A stretch of DNA of 55,225 nt from a virus (IMGVR_UViG_3300028553_000034:1-55225); one strand, 5' to 3'. Counted from the stretch's first letter, positions 1 to 9,735 are shown. The notes: generated by a model not told the origin, from the letters alone. Program-made: numbers and translations.

Positions 1-2
1 CA

Positions 3-1283
3 CATAAATTTATGGATTCTTTCGGTAATTGGAAGAAGTCTCATGATCTTGAAGCAGGCGATCTAATAAAAGGAATCTCTGGAAATCAAATGATAACTTC
101 TATTAAAGCAATCGGTTTTGGTGAAGTTATGATTATAGAAATTGGAGATGCTCATACATACGTATCAAATGGATTAATTTCACATAATAAAACTAAACAA
201 GGAAATGAAGGTGCTGCTATCGGTGGTGGTTTAGGGAGTGCAATTAAAGCTGTTTCGTGGATCACACAAAAACCTCCAGGTTCTCCTCCAGGAGCATTTA
301 CGGATAAGACAAATAATAACGGTGGATCTGGTAATGATCCTTATGCTAATAAAAACGTTGTTTATGGTCCTCTTGATGTTATTAAGACAATGATGATGAG
401 AGATAAAGGACTTCTTTTTGAACAAGAATTTACTCTTAAATTTGAATATGAACTTCGATCTATAGACGGAATAAATCCAAAAGTAGCTATGATCGATTTA
501 CTTTCCAACGTCTTTGTTATGACGGCTAATAGAGGTGAATTTTGGGGTGGAGATATACGTCACTTCGGTGGAGGTGGTGGAGCAGGGGAATCCTCTAAAA
601 CTGTTGGACCTTTGGGTGATCCAGCTAAATTAATGGCTGGTGATTATATGGGTTATTTCAAATCTCTAACAGATAATATAGGAACCCGAATTAAAGAATT
701 CACGGGAGGTGAAGGTCTTACTCTAGAAGGAATTGCTAATGCTGCTAAAGGTATAGGCGGAAACATGATGTCTAATATCATGGGTGGTGCTATGGATGGT
801 GCTCAAGGAGGTGGAGGAGCTGCAGGTGCTCAGGCAGTAAATTCATTACTTACAGGTGAAGAAACCGGTGAATGGCACGTTATGGTTGGTAATCCTGCAA
901 ATCCTATAGTTTCTATTGGAAACTTGATTCTAGAAAAATCTGAATATCATTTACATGGTGCTTTAGGTGCTGACGATTTCCCCACGAAATTAACGGTTAC
1001 TTGTACTTTAAAACCGGCTAGACCTAGAGATCGTTCAGATATGATGTCAATGTTCCATAGAGGAGGAAGAACTTACACGACATTGAGTCCAGCTGAAAAA
1101 TATCCAGGAAATAAAAAAAATAAAGGAACTAAATCAAAATTCAAAAGTAGTTCTGCTCAAGCTAAACATAAACAAGTGGATCCTAAAGATGCAGAAGAAG
1201 CAGTAAACATGTTATTAGAAAGATTTCCGAATCACAAAAACGTTCATGAATTGTTAGCTCAATCAGCTCAAGGAATTTTTTAA
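3..1283 (+). CDS. 5'-truncated baseplate/tail-associated protein (possible tube-initiator/gp48-gp54-like) containing the C-terminal part of a Hint (intein-like) domain
   Basis: The frame is open from base 3 (HKFMDSFGNWKKSHDLEAGDLI, Hint block-B-like) to HTYVSNGLISHN (blocks F/G). The downstream part is Gly-rich with a beta-rich C-terminal domain. It lies directly upstream of gp53- and gp27-like genes. The tail role is inferred from context. Confidence 0.6.
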   Translation, partial: HKFMDSFGNWKKSHDLEAGDLIKGISGNQMITSIKAIGFGEVMIIEIGDAHTYVSNGLISHNKTKQGNEGAAIGGGLGSAIKAVSWITQKPPGSPPGAFTDKTNNNGGSGNDPYANKNVVYGPLDVIKTMMMRDKGLLFEQEFTLKFEYELRSIDGINPKVAMIDLLSNVFVMTANRGEFWGGDIRHFGGGGGAGESSKTVGPLGDPAKLMAGDYMGYFKSLTDNIGTRIKEFTGGEGLTLEGIANAAKGIGGNMMSNIMGGAMDGAQGGGGAAGAQAVNSLLTGEETGEWHVMVGNPANPIVSIGNLILEKSEYHLHGALGADDFPTKLTVTCTLKPARPRDRSDMMSMFHRGGRTYTTLSPAEKYPGNKKNKGTKSKFKSSSAQAKHKQVDPKDAEEAVNMLLERFPNHKNVHELLAQSAQGIF

Positions 1284-1296
1284 TAAAATTGAAGAT

Positions 1297-1857
1297 ATGT
1301 ACTTAAAACTTATAGACTTAAAGGATGAAATGATTAGAGATGGTGTAACTATGATAGACTTTCTCGAACTTAATCTTGAAGTGAATTACATCTCGAGCGA
1401 TTTTATCATTAAGAGTGTTATCCTCTTAGAAGAAAAACACCTATGTAGACCGGATCTAATTGTATGGGAAAATTATAGAAATTTAGATTATCTAGACGCA
1501 TTTCTAAAATTCAATCAAATATCTAATCCCTTCTCGATGCAACTTTATGATGTAATAATTATTCCTAAAGAATCTACTCTACAAAAATCATATAAAAAAA
1601 TAAATAGGAATTCGAAATTAATAAGGGACACTAAAGCTCTGTTTCTAGATCCAACTAGAGCTAGTAAAAAAGATATAGAAAGAATGAAACAACTTTCTAA
1701 GCTTTCTGCTAAGAGAAAAAATGGATCAGTCGAACCAAAACCGACTAATCTTTTAAGGCCAGGAGAAGTTCCGTTTAGTACAGACGGTAACAGATTGATA
1801 TTTGCTCCTTCTGTTTCGAGTCCGAGATTTCCTACTTCTAACGATACTACACAATGA
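1297..1857 (+). CDS. Baseplate wedge protein, gp53/LysM-like
   Basis: RPDLIVWENYRNLDYLDAFLKFNQISNPFSMQLYDVIIIP matches the RPDLI...Y......LL.FN.I.NPF......I.IP signature of T4 gp53-like proteins. Confidence 0.75.
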   Translation: MYLKLIDLKDEMIRDGVTMIDFLELNLEVNYISSDFIIKSVILLEEKHLCRPDLIVWENYRNLDYLDAFLKFNQISNPFSMQLYDVIIIPKESTLQKSYKKINRNSKLIRDTKALFLDPTRASKKDIERMKQLSKLSAKRKNGSVEPKPTNLLRPGEVPFSTDGNRLIFAPSVSSPRFPTSNDTTQ

Positions 1858-3479
1858 GTACATATGAAAGATCTATAGTCTCTATAATTGAACCGAGCTT
1901 TAAATTAGGAGCAACTTCTCAAGGCAAGATAGTTTTAGACGAAATTTTTATAACAGATACAGAGTCTAAAGAAGCCAAAGACACATATCAAGGTAATATC
2001 CGTCCTTTAGATACAAAAACTTCTTCTAGAGCAGGTTCTGCTATGCCTATTATTGCGATAAATTCCTTAATCTTAGCAGAAAACGAGATCGAAGATTTCG
2101 AAATAGATTTGAGCGATTCCATTCCTAAATTATTAATGAATTTTGTCGACAAAGCTAATCACTTCTCTATTGGTGCTCCTATAGACGGAGATGTTATTTC
2201 TATTTACATTAGACCCGGAGATGCAGACAATCAAAAACCTATAAGAATAGATTTTAACATAGTAAGGATTCTAGGAGATCCTGTTAATAAGTCTTATTTT
2301 ATAGTAGGATCTATGAAAATACATAGATTCTTCTCGGAAACTTTTAAGTCATATCCAGAGAATACATCATTTGAACACCTAATGGATGTTTGTGAAGATA
2401 TCGGTCTAGGATTTGCTTCTAATGAAACATCAACTGATGATAAAATGAAAAGAATTATTCCAGCGGAAACTTATGAAACTTTTGTTAATGAAACGACTTC
2501 TTCTACATATAAAGACGAAGATTCTTTTTTTGATTGGTATTTAGATCCTTATTACTATCTTTGTTTAGTTAATGTTAATAAACAATTTTCTCTAGAAGAT
2601 AAAACTGAAGATGTTAATATATCTGATGCATTTCCTACTTCTGGTGCTCTTGCAGTAGGAGGAGACGAGAGAAATGATAAAGATGGTATTAAAGGTAGTT
2701 TAGTTCTTACTAATTTGAATAATATGGCAGGTAAAAATGTATTCATTGAGGCATATAATTTTGAAAATAATTCAGGTTCTGTTTGGTTAAATAATGGTTA
2801 TCTTCGATATGCTCAATGGTTAAATATAGAAGAAGAAGATATTGAATATCAAAAAGCATTCGTAGATCCTTTTACTACGAAAGGATCAGAAGAAAACTTT
2901 AGACTTCTAAAGGGTCGAAAGGCTGATGGTCCGCCTAATTTTCCAAAACCGCTTTACTTAAAAGAATCCAGGTATAAATGGATGGGTAAACAAGGAGGAA
3001 ACTCTTATGGCGGTAATGTTCATGATAATTATTGCTACGCTCAAGTTCTTAATCATCAAAATCTAGAAGAACTTAAGAAAACTAGATTAATTGTAGATTT
3101 AGCTGGAATGAATCATTATTTGTATAAATATCAAAGGATTCCTGTGATAATTTATGAATCTTCAGTTAATCAAAATGCTGCAAATATGCAAACTAGAGAT
3201 AAAGCTTTAGGTGAATCTGAAGGAACAAAAGATCCAAACACACAAACAGGGATGTTCGCAGGAGCTGGTAATGTATCTTCTAATGAAAAAAGTAAACCGG
3301 ATCCTACTAATGGACCTCAACCTGAAGTTCAAGATCAAATAAAAAATGAATTTTTAAGTGGTTATTATGTTATTGCTGATATGAAATTTACATACGTAAC
3401 TGGTTCTGGTGTAAAACAGAGATTAACTTTAATAAGAAGAGAATGGCCTATACCAGCTAAACATTCACAACAAGGATAA
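1854..3479 (+). CDS. Putative baseplate hub protein (gp27/late control D-like)
   Basis: 541 aa, between gp53-like and gp5-like genes. The C-terminal FLSGYYVIADMKFTY...QRLTLIRR is typical of hub proteins. ATGA overlap with the upstream gene. Confidence 0.6.
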   Translation: MSTYERSIVSIIEPSFKLGATSQGKIVLDEIFITDTESKEAKDTYQGNIRPLDTKTSSRAGSAMPIIAINSLILAENEIEDFEIDLSDSIPKLLMNFVDKANHFSIGAPIDGDVISIYIRPGDADNQKPIRIDFNIVRILGDPVNKSYFIVGSMKIHRFFSETFKSYPENTSFEHLMDVCEDIGLGFASNETSTDDKMKRIIPAETYETFVNETTSSTYKDEDSFFDWYLDPYYYLCLVNVNKQFSLEDKTEDVNISDAFPTSGALAVGGDERNDKDGIKGSLVLTNLNNMAGKNVFIEAYNFENNSGSVWLNNGYLRYAQWLNIEEEDIEYQKAFVDPFTTKGSEENFRLLKGRKADGPPNFPKPLYLKESRYKWMGKQGGNSYGGNVHDNYCYAQVLNHQNLEELKKTRLIVDLAGMNHYLYKYQRIPVIIYESSVNQNAANMQTRDKALGESEGTKDPNTQTGMFAGAGNVSSNEKSKPDPTNGPQPEVQDQIKNEFLSGYYVIADMKFTYVTGSGVKQRLTLIRREWPIPAKHSQQG

Positions 3480-3494
3480 AAATAAAGACTAAAT

Positions 3495-4988
3495 ATGCCA
3501 GCTTTTACAAGATATGCCGATCCGGCAATGAATACTTTTAAGAAGACTAATATGTATTATGAAACTGATCCTTTTTTACGATATCAAGATCCAACATATT
3601 TAGGATTCAAATTTTTCTTCTTATTTGATCAACCTGGATGTGGACTTCTATCGGAATTAGATCTGCCTAATACTGCTCTACGATATCTGATCAACAGAGG
3701 TTATAATTCAAAAGCTGAATATCTTATTAAATTCATACAGCTTTTTAAGAAAATAAATCAAAAAACACCTTGGTTTTTTCAATCAATCGAGGGATTAGAT
3801 GAAGCATGGAAACACCTTTATCAAGATCCAGCTTTCAAACCTATTCTTTCGGCTGATAGAAAAATAATCATAAATTGCTTAGATGAATCCGTTGATATGA
3901 GAATGACTGCTCTTATGGACTTATATCGAAAAGCCTGCTTTGATTGGCCAAATAGACGGGAAATTGTTCCTCTTAATCTTAGAATGTTTAAAGCTTCAGT
4001 TTATGTTTATGAAGGTAGATCATTTAATAAATGGGGGTTCCCTTTCTCTATGTCTCAATATGGTGCAGCTGCAGAAGCAATGATTCCAAATATCTTGAAG
4101 CAAGGTAAGAATGAAATGGATAAGTACTTCGGTCCAGACCCTGTGGATAATAGTGTTATAGGTAATATCATATCTGGTGCAAAAGAAGAAGGATTCAAAG
4201 GTGCATTAGGTGGATTAATGGACAAAAAATCGGATGTTATAAATGATAGTATTTCTAGAATACTTTTCAATTTTGAGTATTGTGAATTTTTACCGGATGA
4301 ATCAAACGGAACAGTAGCAAGTGTATCAAATAAAGACTTTGTACTTAAAGCTCAAAAAATAGCATTTAGTTATAGAAATGTCGGTGAAGATAACATATAC
4401 AGATTTCATCATGATAAAAAGGTTACTGACTTTATTGTTAGTTCTTTAGATGGTCTCGCTTTAGATAAGCCTAGTCTACTTCAAAATGTTCCGGATGCTG
4501 CTGGACCTTATATAAATGGTGCAATAGCTCAAGGAATGTCACAACTCCAACAAGTTCTTTCTAGCACATTAAACAATTTATTTTTAGGTAATGTATATGG
4601 ATTCAATCCTGCAGGTGCAGTATCATCATTAGTAAATGGAGGAGTTAGTGGAGCTATATCTTTAGTAAATGAAATAGGTAAAAATTCTTCAAAGGATAAT
4701 AACACTAAAGATCAAGAAAATGGATTTGCAGATAATCCTCTTACAACTTTCGAATCTTCTTCTGGTGATGGAGTAGGAAGAAATTCATCCTTACTAAACA
4801 AAAAAAATTCATCTAAAGCAACGACTCAAGGATCTTCTCCCGAAAATCCTTCATTAAGTAATAATAGTAATGAATTTGGGAAAGCTAAATTCTTTGATGA
4901 TTTCGTTCCTTCTTTGAGTAATGAAAATGATGTTGATCCTACTACAGGAAATTATGGAGAAGGTTCCGCTTCATTGAATAATGATTAA
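3495..4988 (+). CDS. Virion structural protein (possible tube-fold/baseplate protein) with a low-complexity N/S/D-rich tail
   Basis: 497-aa ORF in the baseplate operon with repeated PSLSN-like C-terminal motifs. Function is inferred from context only. Confidence 0.45.
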   Translation: MPAFTRYADPAMNTFKKTNMYYETDPFLRYQDPTYLGFKFFFLFDQPGCGLLSELDLPNTALRYLINRGYNSKAEYLIKFIQLFKKINQKTPWFFQSIEGLDEAWKHLYQDPAFKPILSADRKIIINCLDESVDMRMTALMDLYRKACFDWPNRREIVPLNLRMFKASVYVYEGRSFNKWGFPFSMSQYGAAAEAMIPNILKQGKNEMDKYFGPDPVDNSVIGNIISGAKEEGFKGALGGLMDKKSDVINDSISRILFNFEYCEFLPDESNGTVASVSNKDFVLKAQKIAFSYRNVGEDNIYRFHHDKKVTDFIVSSLDGLALDKPSLLQNVPDAAGPYINGAIAQGMSQLQQVLSSTLNNLFLGNVYGFNPAGAVSSLVNGGVSGAISLVNEIGKNSSKDNNTKDQENGFADNPLTTFESSSGDGVGRNSSLLNKKNSSKATTQGSSPENPSLSNNSNEFGKAKFFDDFVPSLSNENDVDPTTGNYGEGSASLNND

Positions 4989-4998
4989 GTAAATTACA

Positions 4999-5006
4999 TA
5001 TAAATA
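4999..5006 (+). promoter_or_regulatory. Possible late promoter, T4-type TATAAATA
   Basis: Exact T4 late consensus in the short gap before the gp5-like gene. It is very close to the ATG and the sequence is AT-rich, so this is uncertain. Confidence 0.35.
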
Positions 5007-5010
5007 GAGT

Positions 5011-5778
5011 ATGCCTTTAAAGAACTATTGGAAAGACGATTTAGATTCAACTGCCTGGTTAGGTGAAGTTGTTGATGTTGCGGACCCTCTTAAAATAGGT
5101 AGAGCTAAAGTAAAAGTCTTTGGTAAATTCGATGAAATTCCAAATGATGATATTCCGTGGGCTTATCCAGGTACAAGTAACACTGGAGGATCTGATTCAG
5201 GAGGTGGTTTCTTTTCGGTTCCTAAAGTAGGATCTATTGTTTCTATTCGATTTGATAACGGAAACATATATCATCCTGAATACTTCTTTAATCAAAAAAT
5301 ATCTGTTGAAGTTAAGGAAGAAATAGGAAACTCTTACGAAAACGCGCATATAATAGTTTATGATACCGTGACTGCCGGTGCCGTAAAAATCTTCTTTACT
5401 GAAGCTAAAGGACTTATGTTCGATTATCAACAGACACAAATCAATATAAAAAATGATAAATCTGTTCTAATTCAAACTGCTTCTGGTGATAGTAAAGTAG
5501 AGATTTTGGACGACGGAACCATGAATATCACACAAAAGAATGATATTAATATAACTACTGATAAAGCTGTAAACGTGAAAGCTAAAGATGTTATCATCGA
5601 TCATGCGAGTACTATCGAATTAGGAAAGGGAGCAACCGAGAAAGTTATTCTCGGAAATAAATTTATGACCCTATTCAATTCTCATACACATGTCGGAAAT
5701 TTAGGTGCTCCTACAAGTCCTCCAATTTCACCAATGACATCTGCAGAATTAAGTCAAATGAAAGTAGTAACTAAATAA
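5011..5778 (+). CDS. Baseplate central spike (gp5/gpV-like): OB-fold plus beta-helix with HxH apex, no lysozyme domain
   Basis: WLGEVVDVADPLKIGRAKVKVFG...IPWA...FSVPKVGSIVSIRFDNGNIYHP is the gp5 N-terminal OB-fold signature. The C-terminal HTHVGNLGAPTSPP resembles the metal-binding apex of P2 gpV-type spikes. Confidence 0.85.
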   Translation: MPLKNYWKDDLDSTAWLGEVVDVADPLKIGRAKVKVFGKFDEIPNDDIPWAYPGTSNTGGSDSGGGFFSVPKVGSIVSIRFDNGNIYHPEYFFNQKISVEVKEEIGNSYENAHIIVYDTVTAGAVKIFFTEAKGLMFDYQQTQINIKNDKSVLIQTASGDSKVEILDDGTMNITQKNDINITTDKAVNVKAKDVIIDHASTIELGKGATEKVILGNKFMTLFNSHTHVGNLGAPTSPPISPMTSAELSQMKVVTK

Positions 5779-5780
5779 AT

Positions 5781-6278
5781 ATGGCACTAATTAAATCCAC
5801 ATTAAAAACAGCATTAGAAAATACTCTAAAAACTGAATTAAAAAAAGATTCCGTAAAGACTTCCCTTCGTAAAAATCTAGACGGCGGAGCTTTATTAGGC
5901 GTTAAAACATCAGCTGTAAGTATAACAAAAGCACTTGGAAATATATCGAATGCTTCTATGGTAGTAGGTGCAGGAACCTCAGATAATGTTGCTTCTCAGG
6001 TAGTTGCTAAAGCTTTAGTTAAAAAAATAACAGCGAATGAATGGTCAAATGCTATATCAGATTCCATATGCGAATGGATGTCTTCGGATATTGCACCTAT
6101 TCTCGCAAAAGTTATTTCAGATGAAGTAGATGCTTATCTTAAAAAAGCAATTGTAAAAGTTACAATACCACCTGGACTTGTTGCTCAAGGTGCTGGTCCG
6201 GCCGCTATACCAAATGCACTACCTCTCCCTATAACAGGAGACCCGCTTAATCCTATCCTCAATGGAGGACTCTCTTAA
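5781..6278 (+). CDS. Hypothetical protein (spike-adjacent, probably virion-associated)
   Basis: 165-aa ORF starting 2 nt after the spike stop codon. Confidence 0.55.
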   Translation: MALIKSTLKTALENTLKTELKKDSVKTSLRKNLDGGALLGVKTSAVSITKALGNISNASMVVGAGTSDNVASQVVAKALVKKITANEWSNAISDSICEWMSSDIAPILAKVISDEVDAYLKKAIVKVTIPPGLVAQGAGPAAIPNALPLPITGDPLNPILNGGLS

Positions 6279-6308
6279 TAATTTAATAACCCCTTAAAAT
6301 AAAAATAA

Positions 6309-7484
6309 ATGTCAAGATTACAAAAAGAATTACGAACTGAAGGTATTCCCGGATTTGATTGGATTTCCTATGAGGCTGATTCACCAAAATTAAAACAAAA
6401 CAAATCAATCAAAAAACATTCTGGTGATAAAAGTAAAGTTTACTGTCATTTGCCATATGCACAAGATCTTTATGAGCAGTATTATGGTAAAACACTAGAT
6501 CTAAAAGAACCATTAGAAGGTTCAGTTGTTAATGGTAAAGTTCTATCGGTCGGTGAAGAATTTGCTATTATCGATGTTAATTGGAGAGAAGATGCTATGT
6601 TAGATCTTTCTAAAGAGGATCCATCTTACTTAAAATATATTCAAGAAGGATTCCCTATTGAGGTTCTTATCGAAAGAGTTTCGAAAGTTCCAACTAGACA
6701 TTCATTATCTATTCAAGCTTCATATTCTAAAAATATCCTATCTAAGAAGAAAGATGAAATTATGGCATCTGTCGGCGATCCAGTCGCTTATGCTGCTACA
6801 GTTAAAGAACTTATTCATGGAGGTTATTTCGTTGATATCGACGGAATTAGTTGCTTTATGCCAGGTTCGCTTGGTGGTATGAATAAGTTGGTTAACTTCG
6901 ATTCATTAATAGGTAAAAATATCTACGTAGTTCCAATTAATTACTCGAAAGAGAAAGATTATATTGTTGTTTCTCATAGAGATTATCTTAAAACTCTCAT
7001 CCCACAAAGCATTAAATCTTTACAGTTTGCAACTGAATACACAGGTTTTGTAACGGGAGTTAGTAAACACGGCGTCTTTGTAGAATTCAACGAATGTTTG
7101 ACTGGTCTAATTGCTAAGAAAGATATTTCTAGTGATTCAATGGATGATTTCGAAAATCGTAGAATTAAAGCTGGAGATTCGATTAAATTCTATGTTTCGG
7201 AAATCATTGATAATGATAAAATTGTTTTGAGTCAATCATTACCTGAACCACAAATCAATGCATGGGACGATATAGAAAATCGTTTTAAGATTCCATCTAT
7301 TGTAACAGGTAAAGTTAAAAGAGTTGTTCGATACGGAATCTTCGTTGAAATCGAACCAAAAATCGTAGGTCTCTTACACAAATCACATCTAGACGAAAAT
7401 GATGAATTTGAGGTAGGTCAAGAAATAGAGGTAAAAATAGTAAAAATAGACAAAGAATCTAAGAAAGTCGACTTTACTATGTAA
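6309..7484 (+). CDS. rpsA: Ribosomal protein bS1 homologue (four S1 domains)
   Basis: Four tandem S1/OB repeats in bS1 order: EGSVVNGKVLSVGEEFAIID (D1); GGYFVDIDGISCFMPGSL...IVVSHR (D2); GFVTGVSKHGVFVEF...GLI (D3); AWDDIENRF...GKVKRVVRYGIFVEIEPKIVGLLHKS (D4). Confidence 0.85.
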   Translation: MSRLQKELRTEGIPGFDWISYEADSPKLKQNKSIKKHSGDKSKVYCHLPYAQDLYEQYYGKTLDLKEPLEGSVVNGKVLSVGEEFAIIDVNWREDAMLDLSKEDPSYLKYIQEGFPIEVLIERVSKVPTRHSLSIQASYSKNILSKKKDEIMASVGDPVAYAATVKELIHGGYFVDIDGISCFMPGSLGGMNKLVNFDSLIGKNIYVVPINYSKEKDYIVVSHRDYLKTLIPQSIKSLQFATEYTGFVTGVSKHGVFVEFNECLTGLIAKKDISSDSMDDFENRRIKAGDSIKFYVSEIIDNDKIVLSQSLPEPQINAWDDIENRFKIPSIVTGKVKRVVRYGIFVEIEPKIVGLLHKSHLDENDEFEVGQEIEVKIVKIDKESKKVDFTM

Positions 7485-7491
7485 TTAACTT

Positions 7492-7501
7492 GAATATATA
7501 G
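7492..7501 (+). promoter_or_regulatory. Putative late-type promoter motif GAATATATAG
   Basis: Intergenic copy of a (G)ATA[TAC]ATA motif that recurs before structural and small genes (also 22250, 27012, 33884, 34980, 42093, 43556). Resembles the T4 late promoter TATAAATA. Confidence 0.5.
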
Positions 7502-7517
7502 AAAAAAGAAGGTTACA

Positions 7518-8885
7518 TTGAAATTCGATAGTCTATCATATTCCCCATTATTTGAAAACACTTTAGTGAGAATCATATCGGAATTTAATTCTGATATGAC
7601 TCCTTCTAATGTATTAAAGGGGTTATCCAAAGCATTGAAACGAAAAGTTTCAACCGATGTACCTGGATCTTATAATGCTAACATAAGTCGAGGAGATGAT
7701 GGAGTTTATCGTTTGGAAACTACATTCCTCACGTACAGAGATTCTAGACTTATTTGTCTTAATCTTTTTTCGTGGATTGAAAGAAATGGATTCACAGAAA
7801 AAAATAATAACTTCTTTGTTGATATTAAATTTATCGATAAAGAAGCAGGACCATTCAAAGGAACTCTATTTTTCAAGGGAATCTCTGTTGAAAAAATTGA
7901 TAAACTAAAATTCATTCTAGAATTTAATGAAGATGCTGTTTATAAAGCATTTCCATCTAGAAAATATGGATTCAATACTAAGAGTATTCAGAAATTTGAT
8001 ATTAATCAAAGATTTGTTCCTAAAGAAGAATCTGTAGTAGATCCTAAATTTTATTCGGTTCCAGATACAAAAGAATGTGGAGTAAATTTCGAACTTTTAA
8101 CAGAAGGATTCCTTAGACTTCAATATATAGGAGGTAAGGAATATGAAAAGAAACCTACTGAAATACTCGACATAATTAGTGAATTTTGTGTTGTTTCGTG
8201 GAATTCTACATTTAGATCTCAATACACAAAAGAAAATATCCTAAATTTTGAAAAACTTATTTTGAAACAAAATAAAATAAGAGAATCCTATTTAGATTAC
8301 GCTGTATTCAAACAAAAATTTCCAAAAGTTAATTTCACAGTAGATTTATTAGAAAATCCAAAAACTCTAGATTATTATTATTCTGTTCTTAGGGATAGGA
8401 TCTATGATTTCTTAATTTCAGCAAAATTCAAGGATAATGAATTAGAAATGAATTATGATACGACGCTTTCAGCTTTACAAATAAGAGATGGTGAGATTAA
8501 ATCTACAGGAACTATCAAAGATATTGAATTTGTAAATTGTAAGATTCAATATGGTAATTTTCAAAATTGTGTTTTTTATGATTGTGAAATTACTGATTGT
8601 CGATTAATAGAATGTAACATTTATTTAGATTCTGTGGTTAATAGATGTTTACTAATCAATTCCATGGCAAATAGAACAATTGTGTTAAATAATACAGATG
8701 TTGATGGTATGAATTCTGTATTGAATGCTAAAATGAACGGTGGAGTTTTTTATAAAGGTAAACTAGGAATCTTTGCTGAAATAAGTAAAAATACTACAGT
8801 TATTCAATATGAAAGATTAAAACCTGGGTATTTTGTTGCTGGTGATACTGTAATAATTCCTACGAAAAAATATATTAAGCCATGA
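7518..8885 (+). CDS. Degenerate amidoligase (COOH-NH2 ligase)-like domain fused to a C-terminal pentapeptide/beta-helix-like repeat
   Basis: The motif order ISEF...RLET...WIERNG...VDIKF...KECGVNF...LRLQYIGG parallels phage amidoligase motifs. The C-terminus has Cys-rich repeats (FVNCKI/FQNCVF/YDCEI/TDCRL/IECNI). TTG start. Confidence 0.5.
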   Translation: MKFDSLSYSPLFENTLVRIISEFNSDMTPSNVLKGLSKALKRKVSTDVPGSYNANISRGDDGVYRLETTFLTYRDSRLICLNLFSWIERNGFTEKNNNFFVDIKFIDKEAGPFKGTLFFKGISVEKIDKLKFILEFNEDAVYKAFPSRKYGFNTKSIQKFDINQRFVPKEESVVDPKFYSVPDTKECGVNFELLTEGFLRLQYIGGKEYEKKPTEILDIISEFCVVSWNSTFRSQYTKENILNFEKLILKQNKIRESYLDYAVFKQKFPKVNFTVDLLENPKTLDYYYSVLRDRIYDFLISAKFKDNELEMNYDTTLSALQIRDGEIKSTGTIKDIEFVNCKIQYGNFQNCVFYDCEITDCRLIECNIYLDSVVNRCLLINSMANRTIVLNNTDVDGMNSVLNAKMNGGVFYKGKLGIFAEISKNTTVIQYERLKPGYFVAGDTVIIPTKKYIKP

Positions 8886-9667
8886 GTTTTGAATATGATA
8901 AATGTGAAAATGGTCAACCCTATACAACTGACGAATTTATCGCTTTAGTACAACAGGAAATATCTGTTGCTTGTGCATTGCCATTTACTGTTCCTGTTAA
9001 AGAGATTGAGAGAATTATTAAATTTTCTTCTGAATGGTTCTATAAAAAATACGAAGATGCCGTGGAAGAGAGATTTGTTATTATTCCAAAAACAATGTTT
9101 CAATCCGATGAATTTAAGAAGAGTCGAACAGTTACTGTTCCGGAATGTGTATTTTCTATTTTTGCTGTTAAAAAAATGAGAGAAGATTTCGGTAGAACTT
9201 ACTCTTTCGATGGTACAGGTGACTTTGGTGTTGAACGTTTATTTCTATCTGATTCAGTTTCTATCGGACAGGGAACAGAAAACATGATGTATTATGTACT
9301 TAATTTATCTTGGTTAGATTTAGCGAATCACATAATCAATCACACTGTAAGTTATAATTATAATCGTAATTCTCATAAGTTATTCTTTTCAGGAGAAACT
9401 CCTGATAGAGATTGTGTTTGTCAAGCATATATAAAACTTCCATTTGAATTTCTTTTTGCTGATGAGATATTCTATCGATATGTTGTTGCTAAATGTAAGG
9501 TGCAACTTTCAAGAATTCTAGGTACATTTGCTTTTAATTTACCTGGAAATATAACAATTAATTATGATTTGATTCGAACTGAAGGAACTGATGAGATAAC
9601 AAAAATAGAAGAAGAAATTAAAGCTGACGAAGGAATGGATTTCTTCTTTACATCAGGGGGATCATAG
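8882..9667 (+). CDS. Neck/head-completion protein, gp13-like
   Basis: C-terminal KVQLSRILGTFAFNLPGNITINYDLIRTEGTDEITKIEEEI matches the T4 gp13 family (LPGGVTING..I..EA..EI..LEEE). Size is appropriate. Confidence 0.75.
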   Translation: MSFEYDKCENGQPYTTDEFIALVQQEISVACALPFTVPVKEIERIIKFSSEWFYKKYEDAVEERFVIIPKTMFQSDEFKKSRTVTVPECVFSIFAVKKMREDFGRTYSFDGTGDFGVERLFLSDSVSIGQGTENMMYYVLNLSWLDLANHIINHTVSYNYNRNSHKLFFSGETPDRDCVCQAYIKLPFEFLFADEIFYRYVVAKCKVQLSRILGTFAFNLPGNITINYDLIRTEGTDEITKIEEEIKADEGMDFFFTSGGS

Positions 9668-9735
9668 ATTTGATCAAGAGTAACATTAAGATGACCTCTA
9701 GTGAACTAAAATAATAAAATAATAATATACTATAT

